In this document: piece after piece, positions 1-9,511 of the stretch
Position numbering within the stretch: position 1 is the stretch's first letter
How the letters are laid out: each line of letters begins with the position of its first letter
NCBI GenBank assembly: GCA_963678065.2
Contig: CAXXVZ010000003.1
Span: 1,888,001 to 1,952,000 of the forward strand
Reading direction: 5' to 3'
DNA: 64,000 nucleotides
DNA from: Treponemataceae bacterium
Lineage (GTDB): Bacteria; Spirochaetota; Spirochaetia; Treponematales; Rectinemataceae
The notes under the pieces: model-generated
The model's database searches: none
Told to the model about the DNA's origin: nothing
What the model saw: the letters and a program-made list of their open reading frames with translations, nothing else
Translations under genes and position numbers: made by a program

Positions 1-827
1 GCCATCTCCGTCCCCTGGATGTTGACGCAGTTGATGGAGAGATCGAATTCCTTCCCGCCGTTCGCCGCGAGAACCTTCTCCAGCATCTCGACGGGCTTCG
101 TGGCGTCGCAGACGACGATCTCGTGGGCGAGGCGCAGGTCTTCGAGGACCTTCCTCGAGCGCTCGGAGTGGATGTTGGCGACGACGCGCCCGGTCGGTCC
201 GACGCGCTTCATGGCCTCGTAGCAGCACAGGAGACCCGACTTGCCGCCGGCCCCGAGTACGAGGACCCTGTCCCCTGGCTTCACGAGCTTGGCCGCCTGG
301 GCGGGGGCGCCGGCCACGTCGAGGGCGGCGAGGGCGAGGCCTTCGTCCATGTCGGCGGGAAGCTTCGCGTAGATGCCGGATTCGAAGAGGATGGCCTTCG
401 CCTCCACCTCGACCCTGTCGATGTCGGTGTGGACCGCGAGGATTTTTTCGATCTTGAGCGGCGTGAGCGAAAGGGAGACGAGGCTCGCGATCTTGTCGCC
501 GACCGCGAGGTCGCGCTGCGCGAGGGCCGATCCGATCTTCGCGACCCTGCCGATGAGCATTCCGCCGGAGCCCGTCACGGGGTTCTGCTGCTTGCCGCGC
601 GAGGCGACGATGCCGAGGATGATCGCCTTTATCTTCTCGATATCCCCGCCCGCCTCCTCCTCGATCTGGGTGAAGCTGGCCGAATCTATGTTGAGTGCGA
701 TGACGTCGATGAGTATTTCATTGTCGTAGACGACCGACATGTCGTTGTTGATTTTCTGCGCCGTCTGCGGCATCGCCCCGACCGGTTCGATCACCCGGTG
801 CGTGCCGTACTTGTCTCCCATTGGCAT
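1..827 (-). CDS. kdd: L-erythro-3,5-diaminohexanoate dehydrogenase (lysine fermentation), 3' end outside window
   Basis: Not in the ORF track. Manual translation from ATG 827 gives MPMGDKYGTHRVIEPVGAMPQ...LNIDSASFTQI...RGKQQNPVTGSGGMLIG, characteristic of Kdd; RBS AGGGAGG upstream. Confidence 0.85.
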   Translation of the reverse strand, partial: MPMGDKYGTHRVIEPVGAMPQTAQKINNDMSVVYDNEILIDVIALNIDSASFTQIEEEAGGDIEKIKAIILGIVASRGKQQNPVTGSGGMLIGRVAKIGSALAQRDLAVGDKIASLVSLSLTPLKIEKILAVHTDIDRVEVEAKAILFESGIYAKLPADMDEGLALAALDVAGAPAQAAKLVKPGDRVLVLGAGGKSGLLCCYEAMKRVGPTGRVVANIHSERSRKVLEDLRLAHEIVVCDATKPVEMLEKVLAANGGKEFDLSINCVNIQGTEM

Positions 828-912
828 GATGCGCCTCCCTTTTTCGTTTCCGGACCTTGCGCGAAGGCCCGGCACTGTGCGCTCCCATAGTAAACTGTTT
901 TAAGACCGACGT

Positions 913-958
913 AAAGAAAAAACAAAGCTCCGTCCGCCCGGAAGCCGGACGGCGGAGC
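913..958 (-). terminator. Rho-independent terminator of the 1009-1602 gene
   Basis: On the minus strand, GC hairpin GCTCCGCCGTCCGG/CCGGGCGGACGGAGC followed by TTTGTTTTTTCTTT. Confidence 0.7.
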
Positions 959-1008
959 ATCACCGTTTCATTGCCATTGAAAGAAATTGAAAGAAAATGA
1001 ACAATCCT

Positions 1009-1602
1009 CTATCTGAACAGCATGACCTTCCCGCCCACGAAAACCTTCAGGTTCTTGAGGGGATATGCCTCGAGGTCGTATCCGGATGAGGTGCGCGGAG
1101 TCCCGACGGGCATCATGTACAGTGTCTTGACAAAGAGCCCGAGCGAGCCGAGGTTTATCCCCACTCCGCCGCCCGCCTGCCAGTAGTCGCTCGCGAGAAG
1201 GGGGTTGGACAAGTCGGGGTCGTCCTCACGGGAAGCGTAGTCCCTCGCCATCCTTCCGACACCGAGCTCGAGGAAGGGGTCGATGAAGGCGCGGTAGCCG
1301 AAGGGATGTGCCTGGGCGTAGAGGTCCACGTCGAAGTCTTTCATCCTCACGGGCATCGAACCTATCATCTCGTTATAGTAGGAAACATTCAGCGAGGCAC
1401 CCAGTGCCATGCCTCCGAATCCGAGCTCGGCGAAGGGGCCGTAGAAGATGCCCTGACCCGACTTGAAACGCTCGGTAATTTCCCCTATGGACATGCGATT
1501 GTTCGCGTAGATCGCCCCCGTCGCTCCCAGAGAGATCTGGGCGAAGGCGGCCGACGATGCCGCGAGGGCGAGAATCAGCACTGTGGCCAATTTTCTGTTC
1601 AT
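1009..1602 (-). CDS. Secreted protein, putative outer-membrane beta-barrel
   Basis: Signal peptide ending AFA-Q, alternating aromatic/Gly strands, hydrophobic C-terminal strand; RBS GGAGGAAGG. Confidence 0.55.
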   Translation of the reverse strand: MNRKLATVLILALAASSAAFAQISLGATGAIYANNRMSIGEITERFKSGQGIFYGPFAELGFGGMALGASLNVSYYNEMIGSMPVRMKDFDVDLYAQAHPFGYRAFIDPFLELGVGRMARDYASREDDPDLSNPLLASDYWQAGGGVGINLGSLGLFVKTLYMMPVGTPRTSSGYDLEAYPLKNLKVFVGGKVMLFR

Positions 1603-1852
1603 TCCTTCCTCCTGGATTGGGCAAGCCCTGCGGCCGTCCCTTCAGACTTATGATAGCACGCCGCGCGGCATCCGACAGGACAATCCGGAAAAAGCCTCTC
1701 CGTGACCCGCTTTCGGCCGAATGCCCATGGCCGGAAACGGAGTATTTCGCGTTCGACGAACGACTCGGTTTGGAAAGCTGCCCCGGGAGTGATATTATAG
1801 AAGCTGAGGCGCGGCAAAGAGTCCGCGCCGATCATTTCCCAGGAGGCTTCTC

Positions 1853-2830
1853 ATGAAGCGTGCCTTGTTTGCCCTGCTCGCACTCGCGGTTCTGGCGGCG
1901 GGAACCGTTTCCGCCCAGAGCAAGACATCACTCAACATTCAGTCGAACCAGACGGGAGCCCAGGTTTTCATCAACGACAGGCTCGTCGGCTACACCAACC
2001 CCAACTTTTCCTTCCTCGTCCAGCCAGGACGCTACGATGTGCGGGTCAGCAAGGACGGCTATCCCGACTTCAAGACCTCGGTCAGCGTCGGAAGTTCTCC
2101 CGTCACGATCATAGCGAACCTCGGTCCCGGCAATCCTCCCCCGACAACGACGACAATTCCGCTCCCCCCGCCTCCCCCGCGCTACAGTCTCACCGTAACG
2201 GCGAATGTTCCGGGAGCGCAGGTATTCATCAACGGATCCTACGCAGGAAATGCCCCATTCGGGACTTCCTTCGCTCCGGGGAGCTACTCGGTGTCCGTCC
2301 GCGCCGAAGGCTACACCGAGTTCAGGCAGAGTGTAGTCGTAAACGGTCACGTCACGGTCGCCGCCACCCTTTACCCTCTCGGATACGAAGTCTACATCGA
2401 CAGTCCCGGAATCCGCGGGGCCGATGTGTACCGCAACTCGACCTGGGTAGGCACGACTCCCTATCGGGACACCTGGGCGCCCGGCTACTACACAGTCACT
2501 GTCAAATCCCCGGGCTACAACGATTTCTACGACTCCTTCACACTCTCCGCCCCGAGACTCATCCAGGCCAATCTCCAGTCCGCGACCATTCCCTATGAAA
2601 TCCGCCTGCCCGAAGCGCTCTCCGAGCGCGAGAGCAAGGGGCCGAAGTGGAAACAGTTCAGGCTCTTCATCGACAGCGCCCAAGTCTACAGCACCTACGG
2701 CAGTCTCATTCCCGGACGCCACACCCTCACCCTCGAAATCGGCGGAATTTCTTTCGACTCGACCTTCCAGGTGCTGCAGGGCAAGCCCTGCGTCATAGAA
2801 CCCGGATTCACGGTCACCGTGACACAATAG
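1853..2830 (+). CDS. PEGA-domain secreted protein
   Basis: Signal peptide, repeated GAQVFIN..G/PG.Y.V.V.K.GY units, Pro/Thr linker. Confidence 0.85.
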   Translation: MKRALFALLALAVLAAGTVSAQSKTSLNIQSNQTGAQVFINDRLVGYTNPNFSFLVQPGRYDVRVSKDGYPDFKTSVSVGSSPVTIIANLGPGNPPPTTTTIPLPPPPPRYSLTVTANVPGAQVFINGSYAGNAPFGTSFAPGSYSVSVRAEGYTEFRQSVVVNGHVTVAATLYPLGYEVYIDSPGIRGADVYRNSTWVGTTPYRDTWAPGYYTVTVKSPGYNDFYDSFTLSAPRLIQANLQSATIPYEIRLPEALSERESKGPKWKQFRLFIDSAQVYSTYGSLIPGRHTLTLEIGGISFDSTFQVLQGKPCVIEPGFTVTVTQ

Positions 2831-2852
2831 CTTCCTGGAATAGTCAGGATTT

Positions 2853-2885
2853 GCGGCGGTCTGCCTTGCGCGGGCCGCCGTTTTC
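2853..2885 (+). terminator. Probable terminator
   Basis: GCGGCGGTCTGC/GCGGGCCGCCGT hairpin followed by a T run, just after the PEGA gene stop. Confidence 0.55.
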
Positions 2886-2949
2886 ATGTACAAAACCTTT
2901 CTGGATATATATACTACAAGGCAGCATCGCAGGAGACACGAGGTGATGA

Positions 2950-3537
2950 ATGGCTGATTCCGTCGATTTCAAGGAGTACGAAGACCTCGTCACCGGAAGC
3001 GGCGGATACCGGGACATCGAAGTCGAGATGCTGAAAGAAACCCTCTCGTCCTGGAAGAAAAACCCCGACAACCCTTACACAATCATGGAAGTCCGTGACG
3101 GCCGGCTGCTGGCGGCCATCGCAGTCGCCAGCAGGATACCCTCCCGCGAGTACACCTTCGAGATCCGTTATCTCTGTGTCGACCAGGATTACACCTCCAC
3201 GAAGGTGGGCGAGCGCATTCTCCAGATGATCGACGAGGAATTCCTCTTGCGCCATCCCCAGGCACTCATCCAGTACGAGACTTCGACGCGGAAACTGGCA
3301 TCTGTCGGAATTTCGCTTCTCGAGGCCTCGGGCTACAACCTGATCGGGCATATCCCCGATTTCTATTCCCGCGGCGACGACTTCTACATGTTCTCGAAAT
3401 TCCTCTCAAGGGTGAAAATCGAGCCGGAAAAAAAGGCCGAGACCGAAAAGGCGGCCCCCCGTGCGCCGGCGACCGTGCAGTCCGCCCCGATGGTCGAGCC
3501 GCCGGATCAGGAATGTGATCCCGCTCAGGACGTGTAA
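2950..3537 (+). CDS. GNAT-family N-acetyltransferase-like protein
   Basis: IRYLCVDQDY...VGERIL and GYNLIGHIPDFY motifs. Confidence 0.7.
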   Translation: MADSVDFKEYEDLVTGSGGYRDIEVEMLKETLSSWKKNPDNPYTIMEVRDGRLLAAIAVASRIPSREYTFEIRYLCVDQDYTSTKVGERILQMIDEEFLLRHPQALIQYETSTRKLASVGISLLEASGYNLIGHIPDFYSRGDDFYMFSKFLSRVKIEPEKKAETEKAAPRAPATVQSAPMVEPPDQECDPAQDV

Positions 3538-3578
3538 GGAAAAAACCTCGGCTGAGCCCTTGCCCAAGGAGAAGCACC

Positions 3579-4475
3579 ATGATAATCGGAGCAATCGAAG
3601 CCGGCGGCACGAAATTCGTCTGCGGCCTCTTTGAAACCTCGCGGCCGGGAGAAAAACCCATACTCCTTTTGCGGACGAGCATTCCCACCACGACGCCATC
3701 CGAGACCATCGAGGCCTCACTCGCATGGTTCGGATCGGCCGGATACAGAGCCGAGCGCCTCGGAATAGGCTCATTCGGCCCCGTCGACCTCGATCCCGCG
3801 AGCCCCCGCTGGGGATACATAACTTCGACGCCCAAACCCTTCTGGCGCGACACGCCGCTCGCCACCTTTTTCCGGGACAGGCTCGACATCCCTGTCGCCT
3901 TCGACACCGACGTGAACGCCGCCGCCCTCGGCGAGGCCACGTGGGGCTCAGGAGTGGGGCTCTCCGACCTCATCTACATCACGGTCGGCACGGGCATCGG
4001 GGGCGGCGTACTCTCGGGAGGCAGACTCGTCCACGGACGCAACCACCCCGAACTCGGCCACATCAAGACGGGTCACCTTCCCGGCGACACGTACGGCGGG
4101 CACTGCCCCTTCCACAGAGACTGTCTCGAGGGCATGGCGGCAGGACCAGCCATCGGCGAGCGCTGGGGGGCGCGGGCGGAGAATCTGCCCGCCGACCACC
4201 CGGCCTGGGAACTCGAGGCGGGCTACCTGGCCCGGGCCTTTGCGGCCTACACATTCACGCTCTCACCGCGAGCCATCATCATGGGCGGCGGTGTCGGCAT
4301 GCGGCCCGGCCTCGCGGAGCGCGTCGAGACCCTCCTCCGGTCCGAACTCGCGGGCTATGTCGGCGACCTCCTTCCTCTCAGCGGCGAGGACTACGAGGGC
4401 TATGTCAGGCGGCCCGGCCTCGGACACGAAGCCGGCCTCTTCGGCTCCGCGGCGCTCACGCTTGCCCCGGCATGA
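3579..4475 (+). CDS. ROK-family sugar kinase (fructokinase-like)
   Basis: IEAGGTKFVC, DTDVNAAALGE, YITVGTGIGGG, HPELGH, CPFHRDCLEG. Confidence 0.9.
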   Translation: MIIGAIEAGGTKFVCGLFETSRPGEKPILLLRTSIPTTTPSETIEASLAWFGSAGYRAERLGIGSFGPVDLDPASPRWGYITSTPKPFWRDTPLATFFRDRLDIPVAFDTDVNAAALGEATWGSGVGLSDLIYITVGTGIGGGVLSGGRLVHGRNHPELGHIKTGHLPGDTYGGHCPFHRDCLEGMAAGPAIGERWGARAENLPADHPAWELEAGYLARAFAAYTFTLSPRAIIMGGGVGMRPGLAERVETLLRSELAGYVGDLLPLSGEDYEGYVRRPGLGHEAGLFGSAALTLAPA

Positions 4476-4660
4476 GGAAATTGTCGATCGCGGCGCGGTA
4501 CGGCTGGCGGGAAGCGTCTCGCCGGCTCGGAAAACCTCAAGAAACGCAGGTACTTGATCGGAAGCAGGTTTCATACCCCGCAACCCGCGGCGCTCTTTAA
4601 GAAGACGCAGCGAACTAGTTGATTTTCGTCCTGTTTCGCTGGTATAGTCTCGCGGTATTC

Positions 4661-4733
4661 GCCGAGATAGCTCATTTGGCAGAGCGGCGCACTCGTAATG
4701 CGCAGGTGTCGGGTTCGATTCCCGATCTCGGCT
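4661..4733 (+). tRNA. tRNA-Thr(CGT), no encoded CCA; integration site (attL)
   Basis: Acceptor stem GCCGAGA/TCTCGGC, anticodon arm GCGCA-CT-CGT-AA-TGCGC, GTTCGA T loop. Confidence 0.95.
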
Positions 4734-4802
4734 AACGTAATCAATTACGAGATAACGAAATACGCGGCTACCTGAAATCAGGCGCACGCGTTCCATCTCA
4801 CA

Positions 4803-4828
4803 CTATGAGACACTTCTATGAGATAGAA
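4803..4828 (+). repeat. Tandem arm-type integrase-binding sites, left end
   Basis: CTATGAGACACTT CTATGAGATAGAA, 13-bp period; the same motif occurs at 14077-14102. Confidence 0.7.
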
Positions 4829-4842
4829 GTGAAAGGGACGCC

Positions 4843-6186
4843 ATGCGCACAGAAACGGCACAGTATTCCATTCATCGCAGAGGTGGTTTTTTCTACGTCC
4901 AATTCAAGAATCCAGAAACCCGCGAGTGGTCGACGCCGAAGTCTACTGGTACAAGTGACAGAAACACAGCTTTGCTTATCATCGCCGAATGGATGCGCGA
5001 TGGAGTACCTGTAGAAAAGACCGACACCCGCCGCAATCTTGCCGACATCTTCACTTCCGAATCTGCAATCGAGGCTGCACGCAAAGCACCACTGACGCCC
5101 GAGGAAGCTGCCCGGATCGTAGGCATCTTGCGGGATCGGGGGCTTGTCCAGGTTTCCGCAGTGCAAGTAGGACCAGGCTCCATCGATTTCACTTCATTCC
5201 TGGCTGATTTCTGGGATTATGATACATCTACATACGTCAAGGACCGGCTTTCACATGGTCAATCCATCGGGCGCCGCCACTGCAATGATATGGCATCCCG
5301 CGTCTCCGTTCACTGGAAACCTGTCTTTCAAGGCCGGAGCCTTGCGAGTATCACGAAAAAGGACATCCGTGATTTTTCGGTCATGATCGCCGGGAAGGGA
5401 CTTGCCACCGCAACGGTCAACAAAATCCTTATTACAGGAACATGTGCCTTGACCTGGGCGAAAGAAAACGACCTCATCCTCTCCGATCCTGGGGAAGGAC
5501 TTCGCAAGTTCTCCGGGGCAGGCAGACCCCGAGGCATCCTCGAAATGGACGAAGTTGCCGAGCTATTCAAGCGTGAATACTGGACTGACGATCGAACCTA
5601 TACCGCTAACATCGCCGCCGCGTTTACAGGAATGCGTGCAGGCGAACTTCTCGGGCTTAGAGTGCAAGACCTCAAGACTGACCGAATTGTCGTCACAAAC
5701 GCATGGGGAGGCGTGGATCATCTCAAGGATACGAAGAATCACGGCATCCGGCAGATCCCGTTGCCGCCCGCACTCCGCCGCGCACTTCTAGATCTTGCCG
5801 CGACCAATCCACATGGACCCGCGGGATACATTTTCTACGGAGCATTACCGGACAAACCAATGGACGAAAAGCCATTCCTCGATGATTTCAAGGCTGCATT
5901 CATCGCCATGCGCGTGAAGGGAAATGACGATCCGCAAGCCTGCGAGAAGGCCGAAGCCGAATTGAAAACACGAAACCTTCTCTTCCACAGCTGGCGACAC
6001 TTCTACAGCTCCCGCATGGCTGACAGCATCGACCTCAGGAAGCTATCAAATGCGACCGGACACAAAACACTGGAAACACTCGCTCAGTATGCGAGCCATG
6101 CGAAGAAGGATGACTTCGCCGAAATAGGAAAAGCTGTCGCAGCCCTCTTTGCGCCAGTCGTAGTCAGTACGCAAGCCGCAGGCTGA
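4843..6186 (+). CDS. int: Tyrosine recombinase/integrase
   Basis: GMRAGELLGL, TKN, FHSWRH, TGHK...QY catalytic set; located directly beside the tRNA. Confidence 0.95.
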   Translation: MRTETAQYSIHRRGGFFYVQFKNPETREWSTPKSTGTSDRNTALLIIAEWMRDGVPVEKTDTRRNLADIFTSESAIEAARKAPLTPEEAARIVGILRDRGLVQVSAVQVGPGSIDFTSFLADFWDYDTSTYVKDRLSHGQSIGRRHCNDMASRVSVHWKPVFQGRSLASITKKDIRDFSVMIAGKGLATATVNKILITGTCALTWAKENDLILSDPGEGLRKFSGAGRPRGILEMDEVAELFKREYWTDDRTYTANIAAAFTGMRAGELLGLRVQDLKTDRIVVTNAWGGVDHLKDTKNHGIRQIPLPPALRRALLDLAATNPHGPAGYIFYGALPDKPMDEKPFLDDFKAAFIAMRVKGNDDPQACEKAEAELKTRNLLFHSWRHFYSSRMADSIDLRKLSNATGHKTLETLAQYASHAKKDDFAEIGKAVAALFAPVVVSTQAAG

Positions 6187-6199
6187 GGCAGACACCAGG

Positions 6200-6592
6200 A
6201 TGAACACACTCGAAATCATCCACGACAGGCTCAGTGTCGCACTTGATCGAGCCCGCATGATCCGTGCCGATTCGGTGGGCGAGCGGGAAGCCACATTTTC
6301 TGACGTGCGGGCTGATGGACTCCGGGAAGCTATCGAGCTGATTGCCGATCCCCGCAATCATATGGACAGCTTTAGAACGCACAGGCTCACGATCGACTTG
6401 TTGCTGACATTCAACACCATACTTGAGGGGCTTGAAAAAATCCCTGAACTGAGACCCGAAAAGACCGCAGAAGTCCGGGAACTCATTAAAGGACTTATAG
6501 AGGGAATGGCTGAATTGGTACCACGGGGGCACATGGTGTCCTTAAAATCATACACAGGAGAGAATCGACATGACACAGAAGGCGATGGATGA
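6200..6592 (+). CDS. Hypothetical protein
   Basis: 130-aa ORF in the co-oriented gene chain after int. Confidence 0.6.
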   Translation: MNTLEIIHDRLSVALDRARMIRADSVGEREATFSDVRADGLREAIELIADPRNHMDSFRTHRLTIDLLLTFNTILEGLEKIPELRPEKTAEVRELIKGLIEGMAELVPRGHMVSLKSYTGENRHDTEGDG

Positions 6593-6869
6593 AATGGTTT
6601 ATGAACTGACTTTCCTTTCGGACACAGTGTACGGCTACGGGAGCATGATTCTTGAGGATCGCCGTGAACTTGCAGCTTTGTCTTTGCATACGGTATCGGA
6701 ACGCCTGGACGCTCTTGTTTCCATGTTGTCGAATGAGGACATTCCCCTTGAACTTCCTGCCGACCTTGGGGATGCAATCGAAAAGATGGCGAAGAGCGCA
6801 GGAAGATCGTACAAGGAGCAGATCATCATTTTGCTCACCGAATATGTCGCCGAGCGAAAGTCTGCATGA
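6570..6869 (+). CDS. Protein with C-terminal Arc/ribbon-helix-helix-like domain
   Basis: IPLELPADLGDAIEKMAKSAGRSYKEQIIILL resembles the Arc family; RBS AGGAG. Confidence 0.55.
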   Translation: MTQKAMDEMVYELTFLSDTVYGYGSMILEDRRELAALSLHTVSERLDALVSMLSNEDIPLELPADLGDAIEKMAKSAGRSYKEQIIILLTEYVAERKSA

Positions 6870-6928
6870 TCCGCCTTCCGGGCCGCAAAGTGCCCCGGAC
6901 AAGCATACAGGTGTTGAGGTAAAGCATC

Positions 6929-7453
6929 TTGAAACGACTTGACTATATTACTGATGGATGGAATATTGATATTATCATGAAGCATGAGAGTCCGAAACCA
7001 GTTGCCGCGAGAATAGTAAAGTATCTTGGAATGCCGCCGTCGAAGATTGCGAAGAAGTCCCCGTATATCCCCCTTTCCACCGAATCCATTATGAAGGCCA
7101 TGCGAACAGACGAGAATGAAGGCACCTTCGTCGATGGGATGGTGATAGATATTTTGCGAAGGGACTTGGGACCTCAGCGACGATACGACACAGATGGACC
7201 CAGGTTCGGGTATGTTCTGAAGCGGTCAGATTTTTGGACGGAAATGGACAGCCGACACCTTAAAGAAGCAGAAGTCTCCCGGCTTTTAGGAAGAAAACCG
7301 CGCTCGATACATTTATGGAATGACCGGACGAAAAAACCTAATGACTCACTTAGAATTACTGAAGAGGAATGGGGAAAGATTATGACATTCTGGACTGGAC
7401 AAACACAAAAAGTCAGAAAAGAAGAGGACCGAGAGGATAGTATACGAAATTAA
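6929..7453 (+). CDS. Hypothetical protein with possible C-terminal HTH (candidate repressor)
   Basis: MDSRHLKEAEVSRLLGRKPRSIHLW resembles an XRE-type HTH; TTG start with GAGG upstream. Confidence 0.45.
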   Translation: MKRLDYITDGWNIDIIMKHESPKPVAARIVKYLGMPPSKIAKKSPYIPLSTESIMKAMRTDENEGTFVDGMVIDILRRDLGPQRRYDTDGPRFGYVLKRSDFWTEMDSRHLKEAEVSRLLGRKPRSIHLWNDRTKKPNDSLRITEEEWGKIMTFWTGQTQKVRKEEDREDSIRN

Positions 7454-7652
7454 GCGCACTCTAGAAGGCGCTTAGGCATTTTATGCCCGCAGATGCGGGA
7501 ACGGTGACACTGGGACTATGGCAACCCGGAAGGGTTAGTGACAGACCTCCCAGAAGGACACGGATCAAACCGTCTGTGTCGGGTCGAAAGGCTCTCCGAA
7601 TGGTCCCCTCACTTGTATGAGTAGAGGGGAAAACCATTTTCGGGGGCCACAA

Positions 7653-7868
7653 ATGGCACCATTCACAATTTCTCGGCAGTTTTATTCAAAGAAAGACCTT
7701 ATCGAAATCACCGGACAATCGCTTAGCACTATCGACCGCGGACTGCGAAATGGGAAAATCCCTTTCGTGAAAATCCCTGGCGGTAAAAATGTCCTCATTC
7801 CCGCTTCATTCATCGAAGCCCTTGAGGTTCGGGCCAGAGCACTCCCGACCGAGGGGGCTGCCGTATGA
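7653..7868 (+). CDS. AlpA/HTH_17 excisionase-like DNA-binding protein
   Basis: FYSKKDLIEITGQSLSTIDRGLRNGKIPFVKI. Confidence 0.8.
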   Translation: MAPFTISRQFYSKKDLIEITGQSLSTIDRGLRNGKIPFVKIPGGKNVLIPASFIEALEVRARALPTEGAAV

Positions 7869-8050
7869 CCGCCGCAGATCGCACTATCGTGCACAGGGAA
7901 CTTGATCGCGCTTTCGACTCCGGATTGCCCTTCTATGGCGACGTTCTTTTTAAGCTCCAGATTCAAGGCGGAAAACTCCATCGGATCGAAACAACGGTTT
8001 CCCGTGCCGTTCTCGCCGAAACATTACGGATCGAAGGCGGCACTAAATGA
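7865..8050 (+). CDS. Small hypothetical protein
   Basis: ATGA-coupled to xis; 61 aa. Confidence 0.6.
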   Translation: MTAADRTIVHRELDRAFDSGLPFYGDVLFKLQIQGGKLHRIETTVSRAVLAETLRIEGGTK

Positions 8051-8283
8051 TGCCCGTCGGCAAAAAGCCCTGCCCGAGGCATACGGACAGGGCTTCATGC
8101 ATTGAATCGGAACTGGATTGCATTTCTATTTTCGACAAAATACAAGAATCTGTCAATCTCATACCCATGGCCTCTTCCAAGTTCAATGAATATGGCGACC
8201 TCTTGACAGGATGCCAGCCCCGCGGCGATGTCCGCGCCTTACATGCAGTTGACAACCGCATGACGGTGAGAGGCCACGAATGA
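8047..8283 (+). CDS. Small hypothetical protein
   Basis: Its ends overlap both neighbouring genes; weak coding evidence. Confidence 0.35.
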   Translation: MMPVGKKPCPRHTDRASCIESELDCISIFDKIQESVNLIPMASSKFNEYGDLLTGCQPRGDVRALHAVDNRMTVRGHE

Positions 8284-8588
8284 AGGCCGCACAGATTGTC
8301 CGCGCAGCTCTCGAAGCCCCGCCCGGAATGCTCCTCGCTGTTGACGCAAACGGTCCCTTCACGATCCGGGAATCGCAATTCCATAACGGGCCGGACGTTG
8401 TGGCCTATCAACAGAATGAACTTGCGGACTTGATTCGAGCTTTTTTTGGCCCTGACATATTCGAATACCCTGAAGCCGACGAAGCTCTCAAAGAATTTTT
8501 TTTATCAGATAGCTCCGCGAGGATCGCTGAACGCCGCCGGCGAGGGATTTCGTGGGACCGGGTTCCTCGAACCGGAGGCCGTTCATGA
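8280..8588 (+). CDS. Hypothetical protein
   Basis: RBS GAGAGG; ATGA-coupled to the rep gene. Confidence 0.6.
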   Translation: MKAAQIVRAALEAPPGMLLAVDANGPFTIRESQFHNGPDVVAYQQNELADLIRAFFGPDIFEYPEADEALKEFFLSDSSARIAERRRRGISWDRVPRTGGRS

Positions 8589-9511
8589 CCACAGGGCCCG
8601 TTGCCCGCATTCCCCTGTCTATCCTCGAAGACGCCAGCCTTCTCAAAGCCGAGGCATGGACTTTCATCGCACTCTACAGCTTCGCCGATGATCGTGGAGA
8701 ATGTTGGCCATCTCTAGATCGGATCGCTTCACGTGCACACCTCACTCGGCGATGTGTCGTAGATTCCCTTCGGAATCTTGAAAGCAAAAAACTCATCGAG
8801 AGGACCAGACGTTTCGAAAGGAATTCACGGGAACCAACTTCAACTCGTTACCGTGTTTTATGTAGGGAATCAGGTTCCCTAGGTAGTGAATCCAGTTCCC
8901 TACAGGTAGGGAACACCATTCCCTATGTAGGGAATGGCATGCACCTAGGTAGGGAACCAGGTTCCCCCGAACTAATCAATGAACTAAAGAAAGACACTCT
9001 GTCTTCGCCGTTGTCCTCGAAATCGAAGAAGGCAGTGAAGGAAAAGCCGGAGGCTCTATCACCTGACCAACTTGCCGCCTACCACGCTGCGGAATCCCGA
9101 TTTCAGGATACTGCAAAGACCGAGGGAGTCACGTGGAATCATCCACGACAAGGGAAAGCGCTTCGGTCCCTTGTCGAAGCCTACACAGACCGCCTTGCCT
9201 CCCTGCCGGGAATCGTTGAAACATTCCTGACACTCCGGGGCGGGAAAGAAACATTCTGGACAAAGCAGCCGCCGACCGCCTCCGCACTTCTTGCCCTTCT
9301 CGACCGAGTAGAAACCGAGGCCGCAAAGCGTCGACCACCTGCCCCGGATCGGAAACCGCTCCCAACTTGCCCAGTCTGTAGATCGACGTACCCTGTCGGA
9401 TCGCAGATCTGCCCTCGATGTGGATTCTTCCTGGATGACGCTAAAGGTCCGCGCGCTGAAACAGCCATCGCCGCTCACCGCACCCGTATCACGGAGAGGG
9501 GCACGGCATGA
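8585..9511 (+). CDS. Phage-type replication initiator (N-terminal wHTH/HTH_36, C-terminal Zn ribbon)
   Basis: LYSFADDRGECWPSLDRIASRAHLTRRCVVDSLRNLESKKLI; internal iterons; CPVC...CPRC. Confidence 0.8.
   Translation: MTTGPVARIPLSILEDASLLKAEAWTFIALYSFADDRGECWPSLDRIASRAHLTRRCVVDSLRNLESKKLIERTRRFERNSREPTSTRYRVLCRESGSLGSESSSLQVGNTIPYVGNGMHLGREPGSPELINELKKDTLSSPLSSKSKKAVKEKPEALSPDQLAAYHAAESRFQDTAKTEGVTWNHPRQGKALRSLVEAYTDRLASLPGIVETFLTLRGGKETFWTKQPPTASALLALLDRVETEAAKRRPPAPDRKPLPTCPVCRSTYPVGSQICPRCGFFLDDAKGPRAETAIAAHRTRITERGTA
8862..8966 (+). repeat. Five palindromic iterons (putative replication origin)
   Basis: Five imperfect TAGGGAA-N5-TTCCCTA copies at about 21-23 bp spacing, followed by A-rich GAACTAATCAATGAACTAAAGAAAG. 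Confidence 0.8.

Noticed and set aside
123..890. Long antisense ORFs here and elsewhere (e.g. 29314-30768, 33064-34026, 45484-46692)
   Set aside because: Shadow frames of GC-rich genes on the opposite strand; no motifs.
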